NCBI GenBank assembly: GCA_035352955.1
Contig: DAOPYQ010000002.1
Location: 233,267-297,266, forward strand
Length of the DNA: 64,000 bases
Source: Candidatus Omnitrophota bacterium
GTDB lineage: Bacteria; Omnitrophota; Omnitrophia; Omnitrophales; Aquincolibacteriaceae
Direction: 5' to 3'
In this document: piece after piece, positions 30,545 to 39,178 of the stretch
How positions within the stretch are numbered: position 1 is the first letter of the stretch
Layout of the letters: each line of letters opens with the position of its first letter
The notes under the pieces: model-generated
The model's database searches: none
The model's input: only the letters and a program-made list of their open reading frames with translations
Told to the model about the DNA's origin: nothing
Translations under genes and position numbers: made by a program

Positions 30545-30578
30545 CGCTCCGTGATGTACGGAGCGGTTTTTTTATGTC
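30545..30578 (+). terminator. Rho-independent terminator
   Basis: aaaaaaCCGCTCCGTgatgtACGGAGCGGttttttt. Confidence 0.7.
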
Positions 30579-30599
30579 TGAATGCAAAAAAAAGGGAAC

Positions 30600-30632
30600 A
30601 GACAATGATGGCATGCCTGTCCCCTTTTTAAC
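30600..30632. terminator. Terminator hairpin, diverged member of the same family
   Basis: aaaaaaaagggaacagacaatgatggcatgcctgtccccttttt lies downstream of the pyrE stop. Confidence 0.45.
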
Positions 30633-30638
30633 TTAAGA

Positions 30639-31199
30639 TTAAAGACCGAGTTCGCGCAGCGTGAAGATCGGCGAATAATTGTAATTGGCCAACGTTTCCG
30701 AAGCGCCCTCATTCCGGTCAACAAGGCACGCAACCTTCACGACCTTCGCTCCTAGTTTTTCCACTTCCGCGATCGCCTTCAGGACCGAACCTCCCGTCGT
30801 GATCACATCTTCGACCATTATAACCTTATCGCCGGGTTCAAGTGCGGGCCCTTCAATCATTTTCTGCATCCCGTGATCTTTGGCCTCTTTGCGGACAATG
30901 AACGCCTTGATCGGATGACCGCTTTGAGAGCTCAGAAGCGATACCGCAGCAGCGATCGGATCCGCACCAAGCGTAGGGCCTCCTACGGCATCCGCGCCGA
31001 CCGCCTGGGCCATATGAAGGATCGCCTTCCCCACGAGCCAAAGCCCCTGGGCGCTGAGCGTCACCTGCTTGCCGTCGATATAGTACTGGGAGATCTTCCC
31101 AGAGGCGAGTTTGCGCTCCCCGCGCACGACCGCCTTTTCCTGGATCAACTTTAAAAGTTCTTCTCTGACCTGTTGTTCGTCCATGATTACGTCCCTCAT
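30639..31199 (-). CDS. pyrE: Orotate phosphoribosyltransferase
   Basis: PRTase type I fold with a PRPP-binding motif (VMVEDVITTGGS). Confidence 0.85.
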   Translation of the reverse strand: MRDVIMDEQQVREELLKLIQEKAVVRGERKLASGKISQYYIDGKQVTLSAQGLWLVGKAILHMAQAVGADAVGGPTLGADPIAAAVSLLSSQSGHPIKAFIVRKEAKDHGMQKMIEGPALEPGDKVIMVEDVITTGGSVLKAIAEVEKLGAKVVKVACLVDRNEGASETLANYNYSPIFTLRELGL

Positions 31200-31205
31200 T
31201 TTCCG

Positions 31206-31967
31206 TTATTCTATCCTGTCCTCCGGACAACTCAAACGCTTTTTCGTCAAAACCTTGTCCGAGATCCTCCTTGAGAGCCCTTTGATCATCTGCGCTTCGG
31301 CCGGGAGAAGACCGCTCCTCTTGATAAGCCCGCGCAATGTCTGAAGGATCCTCGGCAAAAGGTCCGACCCGCCTTCACGGTAGCCAAGCACCCTAAGCGC
31401 CTGCTCAAAATGTCCTAATGCGGCTTCGATCGCGATCCGGTTTAAAAAAGATCCAGCCTGCGGGCTTTCCTCCCCGCCCTCTTTTCCCGCCGTGGCGATC
31501 GAAAACAGAACGACCATAACCGCCTGCGCGAGGTTCAGTGAGGGATAGACCTTCCCGGTCGGGATGGTCATCAGCAGATCGCACTGATCAATATCCTCGT
31601 TGGCGAGACCTTTGGACTCGCAACCAAAAACAAGCCCGGTTTTCTTCACCTTAGAATTCCGGCGGATCTTTTCAACCGTTTTTGAGAAAGCGCAGAAATT
31701 TCCGCGGTGCGATCCTCTCCGGCGCGAGGTCCCGACGACGAGATTCAGATCCCGCACGGTTTCTTCCAGCGAACCAAAAACTCTGGCCTTCTGGAGGATA
31801 TCGCCGGCCGACATCGCCATCTTTTTCCCTTGGGTCCGCCAGTTCGTCGGAGGCCGCACCAAACGGAGATCGGAAAATCCCATATTCTTAACCGCGCGGG
31901 CAACGGCGCCGATATTATCAATGTTTTCGGGACGGACGAGGATGACGGAGATATGCTCAGGTTTCAT
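31206..31967 (-). CDS. trmJ: SpoU/TrmH-family RNA 2'-O-methyltransferase (TrmJ-like)
   Basis: 253 aa. The N-terminus ISVILVRPENIDNIGAVARAVKNMGF and the SPOUT knot motifs are typical of the family. Confidence 0.75.
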   Translation of the reverse strand: MKPEHISVILVRPENIDNIGAVARAVKNMGFSDLRLVRPPTNWRTQGKKMAMSAGDILQKARVFGSLEETVRDLNLVVGTSRRRGSHRGNFCAFSKTVEKIRRNSKVKKTGLVFGCESKGLANEDIDQCDLLMTIPTGKVYPSLNLAQAVMVVLFSIATAGKEGGEESPQAGSFLNRIAIEAALGHFEQALRVLGYREGGSDLLPRILQTLRGLIKRSGLLPAEAQMIKGLSRRISDKVLTKKRLSCPEDRIE

Positions 31968-32002
31968 GAAGAGCCCTTCGAACTGGAAGACGCGGACCGC
32001 GG

Positions 32003-32368
32003 CTATTCTTTATCCCAGCAATAGTCCGGAAGATCAAAATGCCTTGTGATCGGCCGGGAATCGTCCGCTTGGATCATGTAAACCGGAAGGACAAGGACAT
32101 CGCTGATCCCGGAGGAAAGCCGGACCGCGGTGTTCATAAAGGCCCTGGGAATATAGGTCACCGGCCAAGCCTTCGGGTACGTCTTGGGCTCGAGCTTTGC
32201 GACGCGGATAAACTCACCGCCGCTGGTAAAGATATTCTTGATCCCGCGCTCCTGGACATCCAGGATCTGTTTGAAAGCACTTGGCTTTTTAACCGTCTCG
32301 ACCGCATCGAGAGCGGTTGCTCCGAGAAGCATGAGGCTGAAGAGAACCCACACCGTTATTTTTTTCAT
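32003..32368 (-). CDS. Hypothetical secreted protein
   Basis: 121 aa with the signal peptide MKKITVWVLFSLMLLGATALDA. Confidence 0.4.
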   Translation of the reverse strand: MKKITVWVLFSLMLLGATALDAVETVKKPSAFKQILDVQERGIKNIFTSGGEFIRVAKLEPKTYPKAWPVTYIPRAFMNTAVRLSSGISDVLVLPVYMIQADDSRPITRHFDLPDYCWDKE

Positions 32369-32393
32369 TTTTAAGTTCCTTATCGTTTAAGAC

Positions 32394-33722
32394 TTAGGGG
32401 ATCTTTTCAAAAGCCGCAAGAAAAAAACCGTCAGTCGCGCTCTGCGGAGGCCATAATTTCAGATAGTCCGCCCCATCCTCCCCACAAGGCGCCAATCTCA
32501 ATTCGGGATGCGCCTCAAGGAATTTCCGGACCACGTCCTCGTTCTCGGCGGTCTCCACCGAACACGTCGCGTAATATAGTTTGCCGTTTTTCCCGAGATA
32601 TGGCAAAGCTTTTTCAAGGATCCCGAGCTGCTGCGCCTGAAGTTCACTGAACCATTCCTCGGTCAGTTTCCATTTTGCGTCCGGATTGCGACCCAGGGTC
32701 CCGGTCCCTGAACAGGGCGCATCCACAAGGATCCTGTCAAACCCCGCCTTGGCGATCTTGATCTCGGACATCCGTTCGAGTTCGGCAGGAAACACGTTAA
32801 AGACCCCCGCGCGCTTCGCTCGTTTTTTTAACTCTTCCAGTTTGTACGAGCGGAGATCCGTTGCCACGATCCGGCCTTTGTTCTCCATGATCGCCGCCAG
32901 AAGTAACGTCTTTCCGCCGGCGCCCGCACAAACGTCCCAAATATTTTCTCCGGGTTTTGGCCCTACCGCCTGACAGACCAGCTGGCTTCCCTCGTCCTGA
33001 ACCTCGAACCATCCGTCGCGAAAGGCCGGGGTATCGAACACGTTACGCCGCTCCTGAAGGACGAGACCATAATAGGAGCGTGCCGTCTGGTTGGCCTCCG
33101 CGCCGAACCGGCGGAACATATCCACCAGTTTCTTCCGGCTGATCTTCAGCGTGTTGGCCCGCAGGACAAGAAGCGGTCGCTGCTGGAAGAACCCGAGCAA
33201 CCTTTCCGTTTCGGCCACCCCGAACATCTCCACCCAGTGCTGCACAAGCCAGAGCGGAAAAGAATAAAGCAACGCCATCATTTCTTCTTTGGATTTCGTT
33301 CCGGACGTTTCCGGAAGGAGGTGTTCCCGGAGCGCCGCGTAGACTTTCTCGTTCTCTTTGAAGATCTCGCGGAACTCTTCTTTCGTGACAAGGTCCTCTT
33401 TGACCGCCGCAAAAAGGCAGAACCGCTCGGCCTTCTCCGCATCGGTCAATAGAGGCCGGCCCTTCGCTTTTTCGATCCAGGCTTGGAGAAAACTTTTGTG
33501 GCGGAACGCGCTATAAATAGTTTCGGAGAGAAATTTGCGGTCGCGGGACCCGACCTTCTTGCGGTTCTGGAAGAAGTATTTCGAAAGACAGCGGTCCGCC
33601 GGCACGGGATCGTTCTCGATCCTCTGCCAAAGCTCTCCGGCCAGCCGAAGCTGCGAAAAAAGAAGCCGCCGTTCGTTGTCTTTGATCATCCCGCATCTCT
33701 CATCATGTTCCCCATGATACAC
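32394..33722 (-). CDS. rsmB: 16S rRNA (cytosine-C5) methyltransferase, RsmB/Sun family
   Basis: Motifs IWDVCAGAGGKT, DRILVDAPCSGTGTLGRNPD and a catalytic Cys (ATCS). Confidence 0.8.
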   Translation of the reverse strand: MYHGEHDERCGMIKDNERRLLFSQLRLAGELWQRIENDPVPADRCLSKYFFQNRKKVGSRDRKFLSETIYSAFRHKSFLQAWIEKAKGRPLLTDAEKAERFCLFAAVKEDLVTKEEFREIFKENEKVYAALREHLLPETSGTKSKEEMMALLYSFPLWLVQHWVEMFGVAETERLLGFFQQRPLLVLRANTLKISRKKLVDMFRRFGAEANQTARSYYGLVLQERRNVFDTPAFRDGWFEVQDEGSQLVCQAVGPKPGENIWDVCAGAGGKTLLLAAIMENKGRIVATDLRSYKLEELKKRAKRAGVFNVFPAELERMSEIKIAKAGFDRILVDAPCSGTGTLGRNPDAKWKLTEEWFSELQAQQLGILEKALPYLGKNGKLYYATCSVETAENEDVVRKFLEAHPELRLAPCGEDGADYLKLWPPQSATDGFFLAAFEKIP

Positions 33723-33809
33723 ACCCGGCGCACGTCACGGTGATTTAAAATAAAAAGGCCTGATCTTGAGGACCAGGCCTTTTGACGATCTCAGATTAAA
33801 CGCGAACGC

Positions 33810-34247
33810 CTAATTCTCTTCGCCCGCCTTCAAGAGCCTCTGGCGGATATCCGATTCCCGGTCGAAGCGGTTCTGCCGCGACACATCCAACGTGCGCTGC
33901 GCGGAGGTCAGTTGCTGCTGAATGTAAGGGTCGTTATTGCCGCTGCGCGCGGTTTTGAAAGCATCTGCGGCGCTCCAGGCATGGTTGGCGAGCAAGGGAC
34001 CAAGGCCCGCCCAGATAATACCGCCGCCCACGAGCGTCGCAAGCAAAATGGTCGTCGTAACCGCGGCGACTTCAATGCCCGCCATGATCTTCGTCTTCGT
34101 GGCGCCGATCTGGCCGTTCATGGCCTGACCGGTGGTCGGAAGAAGTAACGATGCCCCGAATTCTTTCGCGCCCTGCGCAAAAACGGGAGTGGTCAACGAG
34201 GCAAAGATCAATAAAAAGGCGGCCAAACAAGCAAAGGTTTTCTTCAT
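33810..34247 (-). CDS. Hypothetical membrane/secreted protein
   Basis: 145 aa with a signal peptide and one additional hydrophobic segment. Confidence 0.35.
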   Translation of the reverse strand: MKKTFACLAAFLLIFASLTTPVFAQGAKEFGASLLLPTTGQAMNGQIGATKTKIMAGIEVAAVTTTILLATLVGGGIIWAGLGPLLANHAWSAADAFKTARSGNNDPYIQQQLTSAQRTLDVSRQNRFDRESDIRQRLLKAGEEN

Positions 34248-34427
34248 GGAAATTCTCCTTCTGTTGATGATTTTCCTTCCCCTAGAGTAACGGTTTTTTC
34301 AAGAAAATCTTTACCCCGTTAGAGTCTTAAATCACTCGGTCCGCAATACCCATGATAAAGAAACGGAGGAATCTATAAAAGGCTCTCTTAAAGACCCGCG
34401 AGGTGAAGGCTCTAACGGGGTGAACCC

Positions 34428-35954
34428 TTACTCGGCTTTGGAAAAACTCTCCGGCCCCCAGTTCGAAAGGATCTCCGCAAAAAGACGGACGCCGTACCCG
34501 GTCGCGCCCTTCGGACAATCGAACCTGTTCTGAGTAATGTTCGCGACGCCCGCGATATCGAGATGGACCCACGGCGTCTTCGCCGGCACGAATTCTTTGA
34601 GGAACATCGTCGCCGTAATGGTTCCGGCGTAACCGTCCCCGACATTCTTGAGATCGGAATGGTGGGATTTTATGCACTCGCCGTATTCTTCCCAAAGCGG
34701 GAGCTGCCAGCAACGTTCCCCGGTCTTCTCCCCCGCTTTCACGATCCCGTCGATCAGTTTCTGATCGTTGCCGAGGATGCCGCTCGTCTTGTCTCCGAAC
34801 GTGTGGTGGCACATCCCCGTCAGCGTCGCAGCGTCAAGGATCGCCTGCGGTTCGTATTTTGCCGCGTACGACAGCGCATCCGCCAGGATCAAACGGCCCT
34901 CCGCATCGGTGTTCATCACCTCCACGGTCTTCCCGTTGAACATCTTGATGATATCGCCCGGACGTTGCGGATCGTTCGCGACGTTGTTCTCGACGCACGG
35001 CGCGAGTCCGACGATATGGAGCGGCAGCTTCAACTCCGCCGCGAGCGCCATCGTCGCGATCACCGCGATCGCGCCGGACTTATCGTATTTCATTTCTTCC
35101 ATGCTCTTGGAGGGCTTGATCGAGATCCCGCCGGTGTCGAAGGTGACGCCTTTGCCGATCAAACAGACCGTTCCCTTGTCTTTGTGTTCGATGCCGTACT
35201 CAAGCGCGATCAGGACCGGCGGCGTCGGGCTCCCCTGGTTCACCGCAAGGATCCCGTTCATCCCCATTTTTTTGAGTTCCGCAAGACCGAACACCTGGCA
35301 GGACAACTTCTTCTCCGCGGCGATCTTCTTCGCTTCCTGCGCAAGACGCGGCGGGTTCATGATGTTCCCCGGCTCGTTGTTAAGATCACGGGCAAGAAGC
35401 ACTGCCGCGGAGATCTTCCCGGACCGCACCATCACGGAGCGCATTTCCTTCACCGCTTCCTTTTGTTCCGTTACAAGCTCGATGGACGCCGGAGTTTTGG
35501 CGGGTTCGTTCTTCTTTTGGGTCTTGTATTTGTCAAAACGATACGAAGCTAAAAAGGAGATCTCGGTAAAAATCCCCGCGGCTTGCTCCGCGCTGACCGT
35601 GTCGGTCAGAAAAGAATCGAGAAACACGCGAACCTTTGCGGCCTTCTTGCCGGAAGCGAGCGCCACCACGGACCCGACCGCCTTCCTCAGGGAAGCAACC
35701 TTGAGATCCTTTTTCCCGCCGAGACCGAGCAGCGCCGTTTCCGAAGCCTGCCGGTAACCGGTCTGAAAAGAGCTGAACACCTCTCCCGCTTTACCGGAAA
35801 AGATCTTTTTCGCGATGGCAGCCTCGGCCGCCTTGGCAAAAACAGGATCGATCTTCCGGAGCGCCGTTAGATCCTTTTCTCCTTTGAAATAGCCGATCAC
35901 AAAAAGGTCCGCCTTGGGAGCTGATTTCGTCAGATTCGTCAAAGAAACTTTCAT
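34428..35954 (-). CDS. pepA: Leucyl aminopeptidase (M17)
   Basis: Motifs NTDAEGRLILADALSYA and the M17 metal-ligand pattern. Confidence 0.85.
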   Translation of the reverse strand: MKVSLTNLTKSAPKADLFVIGYFKGEKDLTALRKIDPVFAKAAEAAIAKKIFSGKAGEVFSSFQTGYRQASETALLGLGGKKDLKVASLRKAVGSVVALASGKKAAKVRVFLDSFLTDTVSAEQAAGIFTEISFLASYRFDKYKTQKKNEPAKTPASIELVTEQKEAVKEMRSVMVRSGKISAAVLLARDLNNEPGNIMNPPRLAQEAKKIAAEKKLSCQVFGLAELKKMGMNGILAVNQGSPTPPVLIALEYGIEHKDKGTVCLIGKGVTFDTGGISIKPSKSMEEMKYDKSGAIAVIATMALAAELKLPLHIVGLAPCVENNVANDPQRPGDIIKMFNGKTVEVMNTDAEGRLILADALSYAAKYEPQAILDAATLTGMCHHTFGDKTSGILGNDQKLIDGIVKAGEKTGERCWQLPLWEEYGECIKSHHSDLKNVGDGYAGTITATMFLKEFVPAKTPWVHLDIAGVANITQNRFDCPKGATGYGVRLFAEILSNWGPESFSKAE

Positions 35955-36086
35955 CGTGTATCTCCTTATTGTGTGAATGATTCGTCATTCTGAGACCGTC
36001 CCGTTTTGGGACTTACGAAGAATCTCCCAAATAAGATCCTTCGACTTCGCGCCTGCGGCGCTTCGCTCAGGATGACACCGTCGGTG

Positions 36087-36443
36087 TCATTTCGAAAAGA
36101 TCATCTTGAGAGCGACCAACAGCAGAAAACCCCCGAACAACCGCTTCATCAGGGTCTCCGGAAGATTCTGCACAAAATGCGCGCCGAGCCAGCCTCCGAC
36201 CACGAACCCCGCGCAGATCAGCGCGGCCATCCCCAGCTTCACGTTCCCGCTCTGGTAATAGCGCCACGCCGCAAGTAATCCGATGGGCGGCACCATAATG
36301 GCCAGCGTCGTGCCCTGCGCCTGGTGTTGGGTCAGTCCGAAAAAGTAAACCATCGCCGGGATCATGACCGCACCGCCGCCGATCCCGAACATCCCGCCGA
36401 ACACGCCCGCGACAAGACCTAGAAGGATATATGCAAGCGTCAT
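36087..36443 (-). CDS. TauE/SafE (DUF81) family membrane transporter, short form
   Basis: 118 aa, four TM helices, and the GxGGG motif FGIGGGAVMIPAMV. Confidence 0.65.
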   Translation of the reverse strand: MTLAYILLGLVAGVFGGMFGIGGGAVMIPAMVYFFGLTQHQAQGTTLAIMVPPIGLLAAWRYYQSGNVKLGMAALICAGFVVGGWLGAHFVQNLPETLMKRLFGGFLLLVALKMIFSK

Positions 36444-36538
36444 ATCTCGCCTCCCGTTACATCATGAGAGCTGTTGTCAGCTTAATCGCGCAACGCTCGT
36501 TGATCGTTGTGCGTTGACCGTTGCCCGTTGCGCTGCTT

Positions 36539-37039
36539 TTAGTATCCCGCCCGATTCAACGCGATATTCACGAGCCTGTCCACGTGCTTAATCTTCGGAT
36601 GTTCGCGCGGCACGTGAAAATAACTGACTCGCTGAAATTTTTTCTCAAGCGCTTTGACTTCCATAAAGAACGGCCGAAGATGTTCGGCCTTGAGCTTATA
36701 GATGCCGGAAAGTTGCCGGGCCACGAGTTCGCTATCGAGGAAATAATCCGCTTCTTCGATCCCGAGTTCGGCGGCAAGTGTCAGTCCGCGGATCACGGCC
36801 GTATATTCCGCGATATTGTTGGTCGCGTCTCCGATGGTTTCGCCGTGATCGGTGAGTTTTTGGTCCTGGGCATCGCAAACGAGAACGCCGATCGCCGCGG
36901 GGCCGGGGTTGCCGCGCGCGCCGCCGTCGGAATAAATCTTTCCCTTCTTAGCGGATAACGGATGGTGGATGGTGGATGGTGTTTGGGCTTTTTCGCCCTC
37001 CGCCTTCCGCCCTCCTTCATCCCGTTTCAGAGGTACCAT
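36539..37039 (-). CDS. rnhA: Ribonuclease HI (true start probably downstream of the annotated ATG)
   Basis: RNase H core IYSDGGARGNPGPAAIG...TNNIAEYTAVIRGL...D. The ATG-defined N-terminal ~30 codons overlap a REP-like palindromic element (36953..37018). Confidence 0.7.
   Translation of the reverse strand: MVPLKRDEGGRKAEGEKAQTPSTIHHPLSAKKGKIYSDGGARGNPGPAAIGVLVCDAQDQKLTDHGETIGDATNNIAEYTAVIRGLTLAAELGIEEADYFLDSELVARQLSGIYKLKAEHLRPFFMEVKALEKKFQRVSYFHVPREHPKIKHVDRLVNIALNRAGY
36953..37018. repeat. REP-like palindrome of the same family
   Basis: gcggataacggatggtggatggtggatggtg…cgccctccgccttccgccctcc lies between cysE and rnhA. Confidence 0.55.
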
Positions 37040-37042
37040 CCT

Positions 37043-37747
37043 TTATTCATTCCCTGACTTCTTTTGCTGCTGCCCCTTATGCTGCGCTTCGATCTGTTCG
37101 ACTTCTTTTTGGAGTTCCAGAACGCGGTTCTTGAGTTCCTTGACGGGGTCCGGGAGATCTCCGTGTTCGAGATCGATCTCTTCGGGCCGCTTGCCGTCGA
37201 TCCGCACGATCTCGGCAGGCACGCCGACCACGGTGCAATTATCCGGCACCGGATGGATCACAACCGATCCGCCGCCGATCTTCACATGATCGCCGATCCG
37301 GATGTTGCCAAGCACTTTGGCGCCCACGCCGACCACCACGCTGTTCCCGAGGGTCGGGTGACGTTTGCCGCGTTCTTTCCCGGTGCCGCCGAGCGTCACA
37401 CCCTGATAGATCGTCGCGTTCTCACCGATCTCCGTCGTTTCCCCGATCACGACCCCCATGCCGTGATCGATAAAAATACCGGGGCCGATCTTCGCGCCGG
37501 GATGGATCTCCACGCCGGTCAGGAAACGCGCGATCTGGGAAATAAGACGCGGAATAAAAGGGATCCGGAGCAGCTGCAGAACATGCGCAAAACGGTAGAG
37601 AAGGATCGCGTGAAACCCCGGATATAAGAAAAGGACCTCAAGAACCCCAAGCGGCGTCCGGGCGGCCGGATCGCGCTCAAAGCAGGCCTTGAAGTCGCGG
37701 TAGACTCTATAGAAAGGATAATGTTTCATAGCCAGGATTATACTCAT
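37043..37747 (-). CDS. cysE: Serine O-acetyltransferase
   Basis: SATase N-terminal domain followed by hexapeptide repeats (IHPGAKIGPGIFIDHGMGVVIGETTEIG). Confidence 0.85.
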   Translation of the reverse strand: MSIILAMKHYPFYRVYRDFKACFERDPAARTPLGVLEVLFLYPGFHAILLYRFAHVLQLLRIPFIPRLISQIARFLTGVEIHPGAKIGPGIFIDHGMGVVIGETTEIGENATIYQGVTLGGTGKERGKRHPTLGNSVVVGVGAKVLGNIRIGDHVKIGGGSVVIHPVPDNCTVVGVPAEIVRIDGKRPEEIDLEHGDLPDPVKELKNRVLELQKEVEQIEAQHKGQQQKKSGNE

Positions 37748-37779
37748 TCATTACGGGATGGGCAATTGATTCAAAAACT

Positions 37780-37860
37780 GGATGAAGGATAACGGAAGAA
37801 GGATGGAGCCTAGTTTGTCGCCATCCACCATCCGCTGCCCTCCATCCGTCTTTTCCGGTT
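37780..37860. repeat. REP-like palindrome of the same family
   Basis: ggatgaaggataacggaagaaggatggag…tcgccatccaccatccgctgccctccatccg lies between cysE and ychF. Confidence 0.55.
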
Positions 37861-37865
37861 TTCTC

Positions 37866-38960
37866 TTATACAGAAAACCGGAAAAGCATGACATCGCCAT
37901 CCTGCGTCTCATATTCCTTACCTTCGATGCGAAGCAGGCCTTTTTCCTTCACCGCCGGTTGGGAACCGTACTTGATAAGATCCTCGTAACGCATGACCTC
38001 GGCGCGGATGAACCCGCGTTCGAAATCCGAATGGATCACGCCCGCCGCCTGCGGCGCCTTGGAACCTTTTCGAACGGTCCACGCGCGGACTTCTTTTTCG
38101 CCGGCCGTGAAATACGTGATGAGCTGAAGCGTGGTATAACCCGCGCGGATCAGCGAATTCAGCCCCGGTTCTTCAAGGCCGAGCTCCTTGAGAAAGATCT
38201 TCTGGTCGTCTTCGGAAAGATCGATAAGCTCCGACTCCACCTTCCCCGAGATCACCACCGTTTCCGCGCCTTCCTTGGCCGCGTGCTGCCGCACAAGATC
38301 GACATACTTCCCGCCCGCCGGAAGTTCGTTCTCCGCAACGTTCGCGCAATAAAGCACCGGCTTGAGCGTGAGGAACGCCAGATCTTTCACGATCTTTTTT
38401 TCTTCTTCCGTGAGCCCGATCCCCCGGAGCGGCGTGCCGTCCTCAAGCGCCTTTTTGACCTTCTCGTAGACGGGCATTCTTTCCTTGGATTCCTTGTCAC
38501 CGGTCTTGGCGAGCTTCTCGGTCTTGTCGTAGCGCGCGTTGATGGTGTCGAGGTCTTTGAGGCATAGCTCGGTATCGATGACGCCGATATCGCGCTCGGG
38601 ATCGATCGAGCCGGAAACGTGGACGATGTTCGGGTCTTCGAAACAGCGAACGACGTGGAGAATGGCTTCGACTTCCTTGATGTGTCCGAGGAACTGGTTC
38701 CCGAGACCTTCCCCTTTAGACGCTCCGGCGACAAGTCCCGCGATATCATAAAATTCAACCGTGGTGGGCGTTGTTTTCTGGGGATTGTACAGCTTACTCA
38801 GCGCCAGAAGGCGTTCATCCGGAACCGGTACCATGCCGACGTTCGGCTCGATGGTACAAAAAGGATAGTTCGACGCCGCGGCGTGTGCCTTGGCGATCGC
38901 GTTAAAGATGGTGGACTTGCCGACGTTCGGAAGCCCTACGATACCGCATTTGAATCCCAT
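37866..38960 (-). CDS. ychF: Ribosome-binding ATPase YchF (Obg-like)
   Basis: N-terminus [22 protein letters not shown], followed by a TGS domain. Confidence 0.9.
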   Translation of the reverse strand: MGFKCGIVGLPNVGKSTIFNAIAKAHAAASNYPFCTIEPNVGMVPVPDERLLALSKLYNPQKTTPTTVEFYDIAGLVAGASKGEGLGNQFLGHIKEVEAILHVVRCFEDPNIVHVSGSIDPERDIGVIDTELCLKDLDTINARYDKTEKLAKTGDKESKERMPVYEKVKKALEDGTPLRGIGLTEEEKKIVKDLAFLTLKPVLYCANVAENELPAGGKYVDLVRQHAAKEGAETVVISGKVESELIDLSEDDQKIFLKELGLEEPGLNSLIRAGYTTLQLITYFTAGEKEVRAWTVRKGSKAPQAAGVIHSDFERGFIRAEVMRYEDLIKYGSQPAVKEKGLLRIEGKEYETQDGDVMLFRFSV

Positions 38961-39018
38961 GATGACTCCTTGTGATTTGAGGGGAGACTATAACAGAAAA
39001 GCAGAATAGGAACAATCA

Positions 39019-39173
39019 GGATGGAGGATGACGGATGGCGGAGGGCGTAAAAGCCAAAGCTCCATCCGCCCCAACTTTTAATTTTATTTCTGAAAAGGTA
39101 GTTGGGACGGCCCCAATTTCCGCTTCGCAAAAATTGATAGGTATTGGGACCGCCCTCCGTCATCCGACATCCG
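39019..39173. mobile_element. MITE-like element with ~22-bp terminal inverted repeats GGATGACGGATGGCGGAGGGCG, intergenic copy
   Basis: The left end ggatgacggatggcggagggcg and the right end cgccctccgtcatccgacatcc are reverse complements. An inverted copy of the whole element lies at 39842..39942. Confidence 0.6.
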
Positions 39174-39178
39174 TACTG

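Noticed and set aside
34327-35757. ORFs 34327..34812 (−), 34563..35552 (+) and 34768..35757 (+) overlapping pepA
   Set aside because: pepA (M17 aminopeptidase motifs) accounts for the region, so the others are shadows.
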